Virus record (IMG/VR): IMGVR_UViG_3300027798_000017
Span: 32,001 to 96,000 of that record
Source of the DNA: a virus
Length of the DNA stretch: 64,000 nucleotides
Strand: one strand, 5' to 3'
Part shown: piece after piece, positions 37,978 through 47,316 of the stretch
How the letters are laid out: the number at the start of each line of letters is the position of its first letter
Numbering within the stretch: position 1 is the first letter of the stretch
Notes under the pieces: model-generated
Told to the model about the DNA's origin: nothing
What the model saw: only the letters and a program-made list of their open reading frames with translations
Database searches by the model: none
Position numbers and translations under genes: made by a program

Positions 37978-39846
37978 ATGAGCAAATTTGCTAAAGACTG
38001 GTTTGGTAGGAAAAAAGAAGAAGCCTACACATACCAAGACAACAGAAACAGATTCTTCAATTGGGATAGTGGAAGAAGTAATTACTCTTCTTTCTTTACA
38101 AGATCTAATGATAGTCTTCAAACATCTGCAAAGATGATTGGATCTATGTTTAGAGTTATTGGTGTTCCTAGAACATTTGACTATAAGGCAGCTGAGCCTA
38201 AAAAAAGCACTGACATTCAGGTTCCAATACACATGCTAAAAGATGAGGATGGTAAATTTAAAGAACCAAATCCTGATATCTTAGATGCATTTTATGGTGC
38301 TGCTATACAAAATGCTGCGCTTGCGTCTATGCAAACAACCAGCGAGTATGGTAAGTCTATTACTTGTAGAAGTACAGATAGAAAAGGGTTTTCTTTGAAA
38401 GATTACATGTTTAGTATCTTGAATACAGAACGTGTGGACAAGAAGTTGGCCAATAGATTACCTGGCTACTTAAAGTTTGTTCAGAAATACAAAGATCATT
38501 TGTATGACAAAAACTATGTGCCAATGAATCCAGAGGAAAAAGCTCAGAAAAGATTACTTGATCTTGTCACAAGAATGTTAAGGTATCCAGCTAATGTTAC
38601 TGAAGAAGAACTTGATGAATTTGCTAAACCATTAAAGCAAATTGAAAGATTACTCAAAAAGCATGGTGGTATTCCTGAAACATCTGAAGACTGTTCTTCT
38701 ATGGCTTCTAGTCTTGCTAACATAGTATACAAGTATGCTGAGGATGAAGAAGAACCACCAAAAAGTAGTAAAGATGATAGTGAAGGTGATGATGATGGTG
38801 AGGATGAAAAGAAATCTCCTTCAGGTTCTGGTAGTGATCCAGGTAAACCAGAAATGGATAAGTCTGAAATCAATGAGCTTGCCAAAGAAATGATGAAATC
38901 AACATTTGGTGAAGATGACTCTGATGCAAGTGACGAAGAAGAAATGTCAGCATTTAATGATTTTGTAGATGATATGACAAGTGAATCGTCAGCACCAAAA
39001 CCAAAAATCAACTATGATGATGAAGGCATAACTACTGATGGGACTGTTAGTTTTATTAAATCAAGTTCTAACAAGAGGAATTATCAAGATTGTCTTAAAA
39101 GAATTGATACAACTAAAGCTGCTGTACTTCAGAAGTTATTTTCACGTAAAAGCAAGAATTATCAATTTTCTATGAGATCAATGCGTTCAGGTAGATTGGA
39201 TACTAATAAAATTGCAGAAGCAGTTCAAAGAGTTCCAACTGTATATGAGCGTTATGGTCAAGTAAAGACTGATGATATTTGTGTAGGTGTTTTGATTGAT
39301 GAGTCAGGTTCTATGTGTGGTAGTAAAATACAGAAAGCACGTGAAGCTGCAGTGTTTATCAATGAAGTCTTTAAAGGTATGCGCGATGTTAAACTTTTTA
39401 TGTATGGTCATACTGCTGATGAATCAGGTAGTGGAACAACTCAAATTAGAATTTATCGTGAGCCAGGATATCATGTAGAACAACATGCATTAGGTTCAGT
39501 AGACGCAAGAAGCAATAACCGTGATGGTGATGCAATCCTTGCTACTGCTAAGCGTATCAGAAAACATACAGAAAATCCAGGTATTATATTTGTTCTTTCT
39601 GATGGTCAACCTTCTGCATATGACTACAATGGTTCAGAAGCCATACGTGATACTCGTGAAAAAGTCACTAAAGCACAAAATCTTGGTTTTCAAGTGATTC
39701 AGATTGCTATTGAGGAGTCTGTTCCTTCCATTCAAATGTTTGATTACTTTATCAAAATGACAGATATCAAAAATCTACCAAGAGAAATGGTAGGATACAT
39801 GTCACGTAAGATAGACAAACTTATCAAGGAACGTGTTACTTTGTAA
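37978..39846 (+). CDS. VWA-domain (CobT-like) partner protein
   Basis: SGRLD, MIDAS LIDESGSM, NRDG.AI, VLSDGQP; acidic linker. Confidence 0.85.
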   Translation: MSKFAKDWFGRKKEEAYTYQDNRNRFFNWDSGRSNYSSFFTRSNDSLQTSAKMIGSMFRVIGVPRTFDYKAAEPKKSTDIQVPIHMLKDEDGKFKEPNPDILDAFYGAAIQNAALASMQTTSEYGKSITCRSTDRKGFSLKDYMFSILNTERVDKKLANRLPGYLKFVQKYKDHLYDKNYVPMNPEEKAQKRLLDLVTRMLRYPANVTEEELDEFAKPLKQIERLLKKHGGIPETSEDCSSMASSLANIVYKYAEDEEEPPKSSKDDSEGDDDGEDEKKSPSGSGSDPGKPEMDKSEINELAKEMMKSTFGEDDSDASDEEEMSAFNDFVDDMTSESSAPKPKINYDDEGITTDGTVSFIKSSSNKRNYQDCLKRIDTTKAAVLQKLFSRKSKNYQFSMRSMRSGRLDTNKIAEAVQRVPTVYERYGQVKTDDICVGVLIDESGSMCGSKIQKAREAAVFINEVFKGMRDVKLFMYGHTADESGSGTTQIRIYREPGYHVEQHALGSVDARSNNRDGDAILATAKRIRKHTENPGIIFVLSDGQPSAYDYNGSEAIRDTREKVTKAQNLGFQVIQIAIEESVPSIQMFDYFIKMTDIKNLPREMVGYMSRKIDKLIKERVTL

Positions 39847-40021
39847 TTGAAATATTATGTAACTCTTGGTTTAATCATTGAGAGTTACATTTTATTTATT
39901 AAATTTATTAAATTTAAAGTTATGAAATTTACCAATAAAAGAAAAAGAATAAAAGCAACTGACAAACTTGCTAAAAGAAAAACAAGACTTAAAAATAAAA
40001 CAACCATAAAAAGAACTAACA

Positions 40022-40243
40022 ATGAAGAAGGGGACTAGAACTTGGATGTTATCATATATGGTAATTATGCATTTATTGGCAATAATTGGTAGTACAGGTA
40101 TAGTCATGTATATGTCATTATGTTATCCTGGATTATGGAATTGGTTAATACTGGTTTTTGTTTCATTCTTTAATTATTTTGTATTTGATAGCATGTTTAC
40201 ATATATCAGAAGAATACAGAGAAGAAGAAAAACAAAGTTGTGA
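40022..40243 (+). CDS. Small two-TM membrane protein
   Basis: Two hydrophobic stretches, basic tail. Confidence 0.5.
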   Translation: MKKGTRTWMLSYMVIMHLLAIIGSTGIVMYMSLCYPGLWNWLILVFVSFFNYFVFDSMFTYIRRIQRRRKTKL

Positions 40244-40434
40244 AACACTTCTTTAAATATTTAATTGTATGGATAAGCCAAAACTTATCTGTACCATTCT
40301 GGATGGTAGGTCACGTACATTTGATGTCCACTATATATGAGGACATTCATGAAATAATAGCATCCTGTGGTATGAATATACTAGTTGCTATTGGATTTAT
40401 TATTGATTATTTAGAACAAAAAAAGAAGTTATGA
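40240..40434 (+). CDS. Small membrane protein
   Basis: WISQNLSVPFWMVGHVHL motif; GTGA overlap. Confidence 0.55.
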   Translation: MKHFFKYLIVWISQNLSVPFWMVGHVHLMSTIYEDIHEIIASCGMNILVAIGFIIDYLEQKKKL

Positions 40435-40757
40435 AAACACAATTAGAAGAAGCTGCTGAAAAATATCTACAAGAATGGAGACTGGTAAATAATATACATT
40501 TATCTAATGTAATTCATGCAGAAAGATGTAAAAATGATTTTATAGCAGGTGCTAAATGGCAGGCTGAAAGAATGTATAGTGAGGAAGATATGATAAATTT
40601 TGCTAAGTATATACTATCTAAAGAAGTTACAATAGCAAAAAGTCTATCAGATGTAAGTAGTTATTTACCTAAAGAATTTCAACTTTTATCAGGTGAATTA
40701 GAACACAATGGTAAAAAACTGCTCAAAGAATGGTTTGAACAATTTAAAAAGAAGTAA
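40431..40757 (+). CDS. Modular hypothetical protein
   Basis: LEEAAEKY...FIAGAKWQAERMYSEED...WFEQFKKK. Confidence 0.6.
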   Translation: MKTQLEEAAEKYLQEWRLVNNIHLSNVIHAERCKNDFIAGAKWQAERMYSEEDMINFAKYILSKEVTIAKSLSDVSSYLPKEFQLLSGELEHNGKKLLKEWFEQFKKK

Positions 40758-40760
40758 GAT

Positions 40761-41009
40761 ATGAAAACAGCAGTAGAGTTTATGGCAAGTGAATTACTTT
40801 ATTTGGATAATGAGTATGATATGAAACTTATTAATAAAAATGAATATCAAGCAAAAAGAAAAGAAATAATTGAACAAGCCAAAGAAATGGAGAAAGAGCA
40901 GATAATGACAGCATTTACTCAAGGAGATATATTTGGAGCAGATTTCTTTGACAGAGTAAATATAACAGCAGAAGAATACTACAACGAAACCTTTAAATCA
41001 GAAGAATGA
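40761..41009 (+). CDS. Modular hypothetical protein
   Basis: MKTAVE...EQAKEMEKEQI...AEEYYNETFK. Confidence 0.6.
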   Translation: MKTAVEFMASELLYLDNEYDMKLINKNEYQAKRKEIIEQAKEMEKEQIMTAFTQGDIFGADFFDRVNITAEEYYNETFKSEE

Positions 41010-41398
41010 TAAAGAACTTTAGTGATCCTTATATACTCTTATTGAGTTACAATCCCTGTGATGTATTTAATTATTTTAATGTAACTGAAATGCATGGATT
41101 ATCTTTAAAAGAATGTCAAGCTCATGCAAATACAAAAGATAGTGCATACATAGCAGGATGGAGCAATTTTGTACCAAAAGAATATGGTGACTATGATCAA
41201 AATGACAAAAGATTTGTATTCATTAATCTTGCTAGATGTAATGATGATATTGAAGCTATGGGTTTAATCATGCATGAGCTTATGCATCAGTCATTCTTTA
41301 TACATGATTACAATATGGACAGAGAAGAAGAAATTATCACATGGGCAGAAGAAGAATCTTATGAAGTATTCAAGTTAGTTAAAAAAGAAAATAAATAA
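41006..41398 (+). CDS. HEXXH zincin-like protein
   Basis: FVFINL...LIMHELMHQS...EEEI. Confidence 0.55.
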   Translation: MIKNFSDPYILLLSYNPCDVFNYFNVTEMHGLSLKECQAHANTKDSAYIAGWSNFVPKEYGDYDQNDKRFVFINLARCNDDIEAMGLIMHELMHQSFFIHDYNMDREEEIITWAEEESYEVFKLVKKENK

Positions 41399-41489
41399 AA
41401 TATGAAAAGATTATTTAAGTATCTAGCATGGCTAGAAAGAGAGAAAATTAATGCTATGATGCATTGTGGAAAAGGATTTAACTAATTAA

Positions 41490-41855
41490 AGATTATCAGC
41501 TAGCCAAACCAGAGTCATTCAACGTCAATCATGATACACTTTTTTATACTTGTATAGAATTGTGTTATTGAAGTACAAGCAATCAAGTGGTTAAAAGCAT
41601 ATCTGTTGACTACCAGGAATAGGTTGGACTCCAAAACATTGAGGAGTATAAATAAAATATCAGCAGTAATGTTGGACGTGTTGTTCCCTTGAGAAAGGAA
41701 GAAGTTTGATGGAGTGCTAACTTGCACTACAACGCGAATGAGTTCTCAGCTTGACCCTACATATGAGGGTGCTAAAACTAGAGTAACTAAAAACCGTGCT
41801 ACAGGTTGCCTGCAGGGAATAGATCTGAGGACACTGGGAAAGACTAGAATTAACT
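41490..41855 (+). ncRNA. Structured intergenic RNA with pseudoknot
   Basis: CGTGTTGT/ACAACGCG stem enclosing two hairpins; loop TGAGAA complementary to downstream TTCTCA. Confidence 0.45.
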
Positions 41856-41880
41856 TTTTTATTAACCAAAAACAAATGCT

Positions 41881-42342
41881 ATGGCAGAAACTGTAACAGA
41901 AGTTCTCATAGGACATGTTGCTGTGGATTCAGGTCAGTTAATGATCTGTGATCCATGCTACATTGATTCTGAATGGGAGAATGAAGATTTTGAAGACATT
42001 AGAGTCTACAAAAATGAACACACTGGTAGAACCTTAACTTATGGAAAGGATTTTGCAAACTATGAAGAGGTGTTACCAGAATATGGTAAAACCATGAATG
42101 TTCTAATATCAGAGCATGATTGGCAAATTGCAGAGCGACCTAATCCAAAAAGTGGATTTAGCTACAATGCATGTGCACAAGCAACTTTGTCAGAAGATGG
42201 ACATGGTGAGCTTTCATTTAAAATGGGTCACACGGGTGCTGGTTTAGCATTTAGTACTGCATTTGGAGATGGAATGTATCCTGTGTATGCTCATTATGAT
42301 GAGGAGGGAACTATTATTTCAGTAACTGTACATCTTCAGTAA
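41881..42342 (+). CDS. DUF4241-like protein
   Basis: VAVDSGQLMICDP...STAFGDGMYPVYA. Confidence 0.55.
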   Translation: MAETVTEVLIGHVAVDSGQLMICDPCYIDSEWENEDFEDIRVYKNEHTGRTLTYGKDFANYEEVLPEYGKTMNVLISEHDWQIAERPNPKSGFSYNACAQATLSEDGHGELSFKMGHTGAGLAFSTAFGDGMYPVYAHYDEEGTIISVTVHLQ

Positions 42343-42343
42343 G

Positions 42344-42526
42344 ATGAGTACGTTTGAGTTTACTGATGAACTCTTTGAAGAGTTTAAATCTCTTTATGAG
42401 AAGAGTGTCAAGGATGAAAAAGAATCCTTTGAGTTTCAAGGGCATGAGGTGCTTACATCTTACGCCAAGTATGTTATTCAATATTTAGAACAAAATGACA
42501 CAAGCAAAACAAATAGCAAAAGCTAA
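42344..42526 (+). CDS. Hypothetical protein
   Basis: FEFQGHEVLTSYAKYVIQYL conserved phage motif. Confidence 0.6.
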   Translation: MSTFEFTDELFEEFKSLYEKSVKDEKESFEFQGHEVLTSYAKYVIQYLEQNDTSKTNSKS

Positions 42527-42731
42527 AGAAATCCTTCGCAGAGAAGGATATTTTGTTGACAATTTATGGCATATTGATGACATACAATATCGTTACAACT
42601 GTGACGATGATGCACAATCACATGAAATACTAAACACTGCATTGACAAATGAAGCAACCATGAACCAAATTTGGTTTTCAATAGACATGATTGCTCAAAA
42701 TGATGGTTTAACCTTAATAACAGAAGACTAA
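42495..42731 (+). CDS. Hypothetical protein
   Basis: GYFVDNLWHIDDI motif. Confidence 0.55.
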   Translation: MTQAKQIAKAKEILRREGYFVDNLWHIDDIQYRYNCDDDAQSHEILNTALTNEATMNQIWFSIDMIAQNDGLTLITED

Positions 42732-42883
42732 TGGAAGACATAACTGATGATATTTTAAGAGAAATGGCTGAAAAGTATATGATAGAAGAAAGCTATGGTA
42801 AACCTCAACCTGATTTATATGTAGGTTTTTTAGCTGGTTTTAAAACAGCAATTAATTTAATAAAAACTAAAATAGAAGACTAA
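42731..42883 (+). CDS. 50-aa protein (not in the ORF track)
   Basis: TAATG coupling on both sides; MEDITDDILREMAEKY...GFLAGFKTA. Confidence 0.55.
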   Translation: MEDITDDILREMAEKYMIEESYGKPQPDLYVGFLAGFKTAINLIKTKIED

Positions 42884-42978
42884 TGGAAAAACAACTATTT
42901 ATAATTGATGGTTACAGAATATGGGCAAAGACCTATGAAGATGCTTATGCAAATTATCTAGTAATATCAAGATTATGA
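42883..42978 (+). CDS. 31-aa microprotein (not in the ORF track)
   Basis: MEKQLFIIDGYRIWAKTYEDAYANYLVISRL; TAATG and ATGA coupling. Confidence 0.6.
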   Translation: MEKQLFIIDGYRIWAKTYEDAYANYLVISRL

Positions 42979-43160
42979 CAGAAAAAGAAAAAGCTAATGA
43001 AATGTATGCTTATGCTATTAAACTACATGGTGATGAGAAAGCTAAAGAAGAATCATTAAAATCTGCCATAGCAACTCATTCATTAGCACCATATCAAGAT
43101 GGTAGAATGAAAGCTAGAAGTTATTGGGAAAGAGTAATTGAACATTTAAAGAAAAAATAA
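42975..43160 (+). CDS. Hypothetical protein
   Basis: MTEKEKA...YWERV motif. Confidence 0.55.
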   Translation: MTEKEKANEMYAYAIKLHGDEKAKEESLKSAIATHSLAPYQDGRMKARSYWERVIEHLKKK

Positions 43161-43165
43161 TTATT

Positions 43166-43390
43166 ATGGCAACATTTAATGTAGATGTAGAATTTGACAA
43201 AATGATGGAAGCTATTGGTCTTGGTGAAATGCCTAAAAATGATTTACAATACACTGAAATGCGTAAAGGATTTATTGGTGGATGCATGTCAATGTTTCAA
43301 ACTGTTGTAAATTTGCAAACACTTGATGATGAGACAGCAATGAGAGAGCTTACTGCAATTTCAGAACATTTAATGAACGTAAAAATTTAA
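43166..43390 (+). CDS. Hypothetical protein
   Basis: QYTEMRKGFIGG motif. Confidence 0.55.
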   Translation: MATFNVDVEFDKMMEAIGLGEMPKNDLQYTEMRKGFIGGCMSMFQTVVNLQTLDDETAMRELTAISEHLMNVKI

Positions 43391-43394
43391 GATT

Positions 43395-43709
43395 ATGGCA
43401 ACCACTGAAAAAAGAATGCCCAGAGCAAAACGTATTGATAACGTTGCAATGAACTGTTACAGAGAGCTATTTGCTAACAGTACTCCTATAGGAGATTTTG
43501 ACAAAATGATGGCTGAAGCTGACAAGAATGAACTTGGACAGCTTGCAATACCATTTATGGATTATGAACTTGAAGAAGAAAAGTTTGAAGAGATTATTCA
43601 AAAACACATGAATGACAAATCTATTAAGCTATCAGCCCATGAAAAACGTGGGTTTAGTGTATCAATTCGTTTAGGATGTTCTCCTAAGTTTAAATCAAAA
43701 AGTTTGTAG
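43395..43709 (+). CDS. Hypothetical protein
   Basis: CYRELFANSTP..DFD...LGCSPK. Confidence 0.6.
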   Translation: MATTEKRMPRAKRIDNVAMNCYRELFANSTPIGDFDKMMAEADKNELGQLAIPFMDYELEEEKFEEIIQKHMNDKSIKLSAHEKRGFSVSIRLGCSPKFKSKSL

Positions 43710-43746
43710 TAACTTTGGTAAATGTAAACATCATAAATTTATTGTT

Positions 43747-43938
43747 ATGGAATATAAATTAGAACAAGTAGCTACTGATAAGTATGTAGTATTATACAAG
43801 AGTAATGTATTCATCTTTTTTACAAGATGGCTGTATGTAAAAGAATCTGATTCAAACGCAATCAGATATTTCGCTAGCAAAAGAGCAGCGCAAGCTTATA
43901 TCAATTATAAGACAAATCCTAACATGAAATGGAAATAG
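43747..43938 (+). CDS. Hypothetical protein
   Basis: Follows the TAACTTTG element at 43710. Confidence 0.5.
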   Translation: MEYKLEQVATDKYVVLYKSNVFIFFTRWLYVKESDSNAIRYFASKRAAQAYINYKTNPNMKWK

Positions 43939-43939
43939 T

Positions 43940-44188
43940 ATGGAACATGAGTTTAACAACTTTATAGTTGTCACAAACTCTGAATCAACTAAACATTCAA
44001 AACCAGTAGTAGTAATAGATTTTACCAATTGTGATGGTCCTGATTATAAAATAATGGGTTACATCATGGGTAAAGCTATGCATACTGCTGGTATTGTATA
44101 TGATGGATGTTGGGATTCAGATGAAGACAATATGATAGCATGGGCAGAAAGTGCTGCTCAAGAGATTTTTGAGAAATTCTTTAAATAA
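43940..44188 (+). CDS. Hypothetical protein
   Basis: Packed ORF. Confidence 0.5.
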   Translation: MEHEFNNFIVVTNSESTKHSKPVVVIDFTNCDGPDYKIMGYIMGKAMHTAGIVYDGCWDSDEDNMIAWAESAAQEIFEKFFK

Positions 44189-44198
44189 AAAATATGTA

Positions 44199-44756
44199 AT
44201 GAATATAGAACTAGACAAAGCAATTGCAAGGTTTCAAGAACAAAATAAAAACTTTGCAGTAAAATACATGAATGAAAATGGTGAAATGCCAATGTTAGTA
44301 GCATTCCTAACACAAGATGACAATAAAGAGTTTGTAACGGTTGCTGCACCTCAACTAGCTGCATTACATACACAAGAAGACAAACCTAGATTTATTGCTG
44401 CAGTTAAGCAAGCAATTCAAGTAGTCAAACCTGTTGCTTTAGCATTTATTACTGAAGCATGGATTATAAAAAGGAAAAAAGATGAACATATTGACACAAA
44501 CATTCGCCCATCATTATCACCTGATAGAGCAGAAGTAGTAATGGTGCAAATAGAGTCATATAAAAACGCAGCATTGCATCTTTATGACATTATTCGCCAT
44601 ACATCTGGTGAAATTTCTTTAGAATATGATGAAGAATACAGCAATGAAAAGATTGACAAATCAGATGTTGATGGTACATTTTCAAATCTACTTAAAGAAA
44701 ACTATGACAAATTCTATAGAGAAATCTTAGATAGTATTAACAAAAATCAAAACTAA
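44199..44756 (+). CDS. Hypothetical protein
   Basis: FITEAW...RPS.SPDR.EVV motif; start likely MNIELD. Confidence 0.6.
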   Translation: MNIELDKAIARFQEQNKNFAVKYMNENGEMPMLVAFLTQDDNKEFVTVAAPQLAALHTQEDKPRFIAAVKQAIQVVKPVALAFITEAWIIKRKKDEHIDTNIRPSLSPDRAEVVMVQIESYKNAALHLYDIIRHTSGEISLEYDEEYSNEKIDKSDVDGTFSNLLKENYDKFYREILDSINKNQN

Positions 44757-44762
44757 AAAATC

Positions 44763-45074
44763 ATGGATATTAATGTAACAAGCAAAAGCTATACGCTTAC
44801 AGAAGATTACGTAAACAAAGATGGCAAAGTGATAACAGCTTCAGTTAAACTAATTGTGAATGAATCACAATCAAAATTTGAAGTAATACCTGGTGATAAC
44901 ATGGATTCTTTTTACTATACATCTCGTATGCCAGCAGATTATGCAATGTGGGCAGCAGTTGCAAAACTTACTTACATGGCTGTAGAATTTGGTATTAAAG
45001 AATTAAGGTTAGAAATCAAAAATCCTAAAGATTTAGAAGAAGTTCCTTTTCCAGAAACAAGCGATGACAAATAA
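44763..45074 (+). CDS. Hypothetical protein
   Basis: Packed ORF. Confidence 0.55.
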   Translation: MDINVTSKSYTLTEDYVNKDGKVITASVKLIVNESQSKFEVIPGDNMDSFYYTSRMPADYAMWAAVAKLTYMAVEFGIKELRLEIKNPKDLEEVPFPETSDDK

Positions 45075-45381
45075 TGAAAAGTATCTGAGAAATCAGTTAA
45101 GTGCATTGACAACAGATTGGAGTCATATGGACTGGAGAAAAATAAGAAACATAGATTATTTTTTTTCAGACTATATGCCTGTTGAGCAAGGTCTTTTGCA
45201 CAAGATAGAGAGAATCAGATACTACAATGACAATGGAGTTGTCAAACCTTATTCGCGTCCTGTAATTGAAATGAAAATTGATGAAATAGAACGCAAGAAC
45301 AATAAGCAAAAATCATTACTTGATCCATCAAAAAAAGAAGTCACAGATGAAGAAGCTGATAGTGATAGACCATTCGTGTGA
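45064..45381 (+). CDS. Hypothetical protein
   Basis: Overlapping packed ORF. Confidence 0.55.
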   Translation: MTNNEKYLRNQLSALTTDWSHMDWRKIRNIDYFFSDYMPVEQGLLHKIERIRYYNDNGVVKPYSRPVIEMKIDEIERKNNKQKSLLDPSKKEVTDEEADSDRPFV

Positions 45382-45518
45382 AACAGTTACTGTTTATCCT
45401 TATGATGAGAATGTATGGGAGTGCCCAGAAGATTATACTACTGAAGATGGCGTATATGTAATCAATAGTGATTGCACATGGATTGTTGTCTCAGAAGTTA
45501 ATATCAAAATTATATAAT

Positions 45519-45917
45519 ATGTCACATCCTTTACATCACAGCATCTCCTCTGCAAAGAAATGGGGAGGTGAGGCAGAAGATTATTTACCAATTCATAATT
45601 GGTTTGACGAAACTAAGATGCATTATCCAGATATGCGTCATAGAGCATTACGCCATCATGCAGAAGGTATCTTTTGGTGTGAGAAAGAGTTTGGCGTATA
45701 CATAGTAAACTCTGCTGGTAAAAAAGTACCTGTCAGAACACTTGGCGAACAACATTGCATGGAAGACATTGGATGGATTCCTACAATCAAAGATTACCTT
45801 GACAACATGAACATCGTAGGATGGATGTACAAACCTGGCGAAGGAAGAAAAGTTCTTAAAGAAATCGCAGAAGAAAAATCAGATTATGTTAAACAATCAA
45901 AAACAAAATTACCATGA
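45519..45917 (+). CDS. DUF6915-like His-rich protein
   Basis: MSHPLHHS.SSAKKWGG..EDYL.IH.WFD...RHRALRHH.EGIF...EQHC.ED.G.IP. Confidence 0.7.
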   Translation: MSHPLHHSISSAKKWGGEAEDYLPIHNWFDETKMHYPDMRHRALRHHAEGIFWCEKEFGVYIVNSAGKKVPVRTLGEQHCMEDIGWIPTIKDYLDNMNIVGWMYKPGEGRKVLKEIAEEKSDYVKQSKTKLP

Positions 45918-46612
45918 CAATAGAAGATGTAATAAAATGGTGTGATGAGAAATCACAAGATGGCAAAGAAGTAGCAATATGCTGGGAAGGTGGAGGAGAC
46001 TCTGGCTGGGTATATATACAAGTTGATGGAGAATCATCAAGTGATCCTGAAGCTGAATGGCTGGTTGATAGAATGTGTAGCATTCTTGATTATGGCTCTT
46101 GGGCTGGTGAGTTCAATGCCAATGGTATAGCTGTATATGATCCTGTGACAAAAATGTTTGAAGGTGAAGATATTTATAGTGAGGACACAACTGAGTCATT
46201 AGAACTTCAAATTGAAAATGCAATAGTTGTAAAAATACCCAAAAAGTTTTACTTTGATGAATTAGAAATCAACATTGAGAATATTCTTGATGGAGGTACA
46301 GTATCAATAGTTCCTAAAGTAAAAAATGGTTTTCTCAGTACTGAGTTAATTACTTTATGTGAATCATTACAAGATGATTTTATAGAAAAAGCATTAGAAG
46401 CTCTAAACGGTAATGTTCCTAATGCAGAATGGTCTGGTTGGCAAACTGAACAATGGGATGAAGAAGGTGTTGCAGAAGCTGCAAAACTTGATTATGACAA
46501 TTATATTTTTAGAGTTACCAGTCTTGAATACGTGGGCTATGAAGAATCATTAACAGGTGTTTGTATTGATTTAAAAGAGTATGCAGAAAACTTAAATGAT
46601 CAAGAATTATGA
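45914..46612 (+). CDS. DUF6878-like acidic protein
   Basis: WEGGGDSG and YGSWAGEF..NG motifs; ATGA-coupled. Confidence 0.55.
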   Translation: MTIEDVIKWCDEKSQDGKEVAICWEGGGDSGWVYIQVDGESSSDPEAEWLVDRMCSILDYGSWAGEFNANGIAVYDPVTKMFEGEDIYSEDTTESLELQIENAIVVKIPKKFYFDELEINIENILDGGTVSIVPKVKNGFLSTELITLCESLQDDFIEKALEALNGNVPNAEWSGWQTEQWDEEGVAEAAKLDYDNYIFRVTSLEYVGYEESLTGVCIDLKEYAENLNDQEL

Positions 46613-47316
46613 TAACAGAAGAAAAAACAAAACAGTATTACATGGAAAACATGCCAGTGGACGAGAATTCTGCTAAAATGTATTGGAAAAAACTTTATAA
46701 AACTTATGACAATTTTTATAACAATGTTATTGGTGGCAAAACTCATCCAGAAGTTCAATCTTTTGCTGATTCCATAGAACACTCTTGGAATGATACTCCA
46801 GATATAACTGTGTCAATGGCTTTTGCAGAAAAGAATATTGAAATTAGACGCTTGTATTTTAAAGCAATTGGTGTGATTGATTTGTTTAAGGAATTAAAAC
46901 CAGTGCTTGTTGACAAACAAACTCTTGAAAAAGAAGGTGTTTCTTGGTTAGAGAACAATACAGAAGTTTCAAAAACAATGAAAGATGAGTATGAACTGTA
47001 TGAAATTGAAGGTGCAAGATTATTTCCTGAAGAAAAAAGTGAATTTCGTGTTAAAAATGCTACTATTTATGCAGTAAGATGCTGGTGTAGCACAACAAAT
47101 CGCGAGTATTGGATTTATGTACCAAATAATATTGGTAGAAGTAAAGATGCACTTGAAGCAATTGCATGGACTGTCCAGTTGAACATTACAGATCCTGAGT
47201 ATATTTATAGACAAGGAGATGTTATTTTAGCAAAACACTCATCAACAAGTAAAGATTGCAGACCATATCATTTAAGTAAAGAACAGTATATTAAACTTTT
47301 AAAATCAGAATCATAA
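46609..47316 (+). CDS. DUF6745-like protein
   Basis: NIEIRR....IG, VRCWCSTT.REYWIYVP, ALEAIAWT, RQGDV. Confidence 0.6.
   Translation: MITEEKTKQYYMENMPVDENSAKMYWKKLYKTYDNFYNNVIGGKTHPEVQSFADSIEHSWNDTPDITVSMAFAEKNIEIRRLYFKAIGVIDLFKELKPVLVDKQTLEKEGVSWLENNTEVSKTMKDEYELYEIEGARLFPEEKSEFRVKNATIYAVRCWCSTTNREYWIYVPNNIGRSKDALEAIAWTVQLNITDPEYIYRQGDVILAKHSSTSKDCRPYHLSKEQYIKLLKSES

Noticed and set aside
31281-41855. Canonical tRNA or tmRNA genes
   Set aside because: No TTCRA T-loop with a full cloverleaf found by eye
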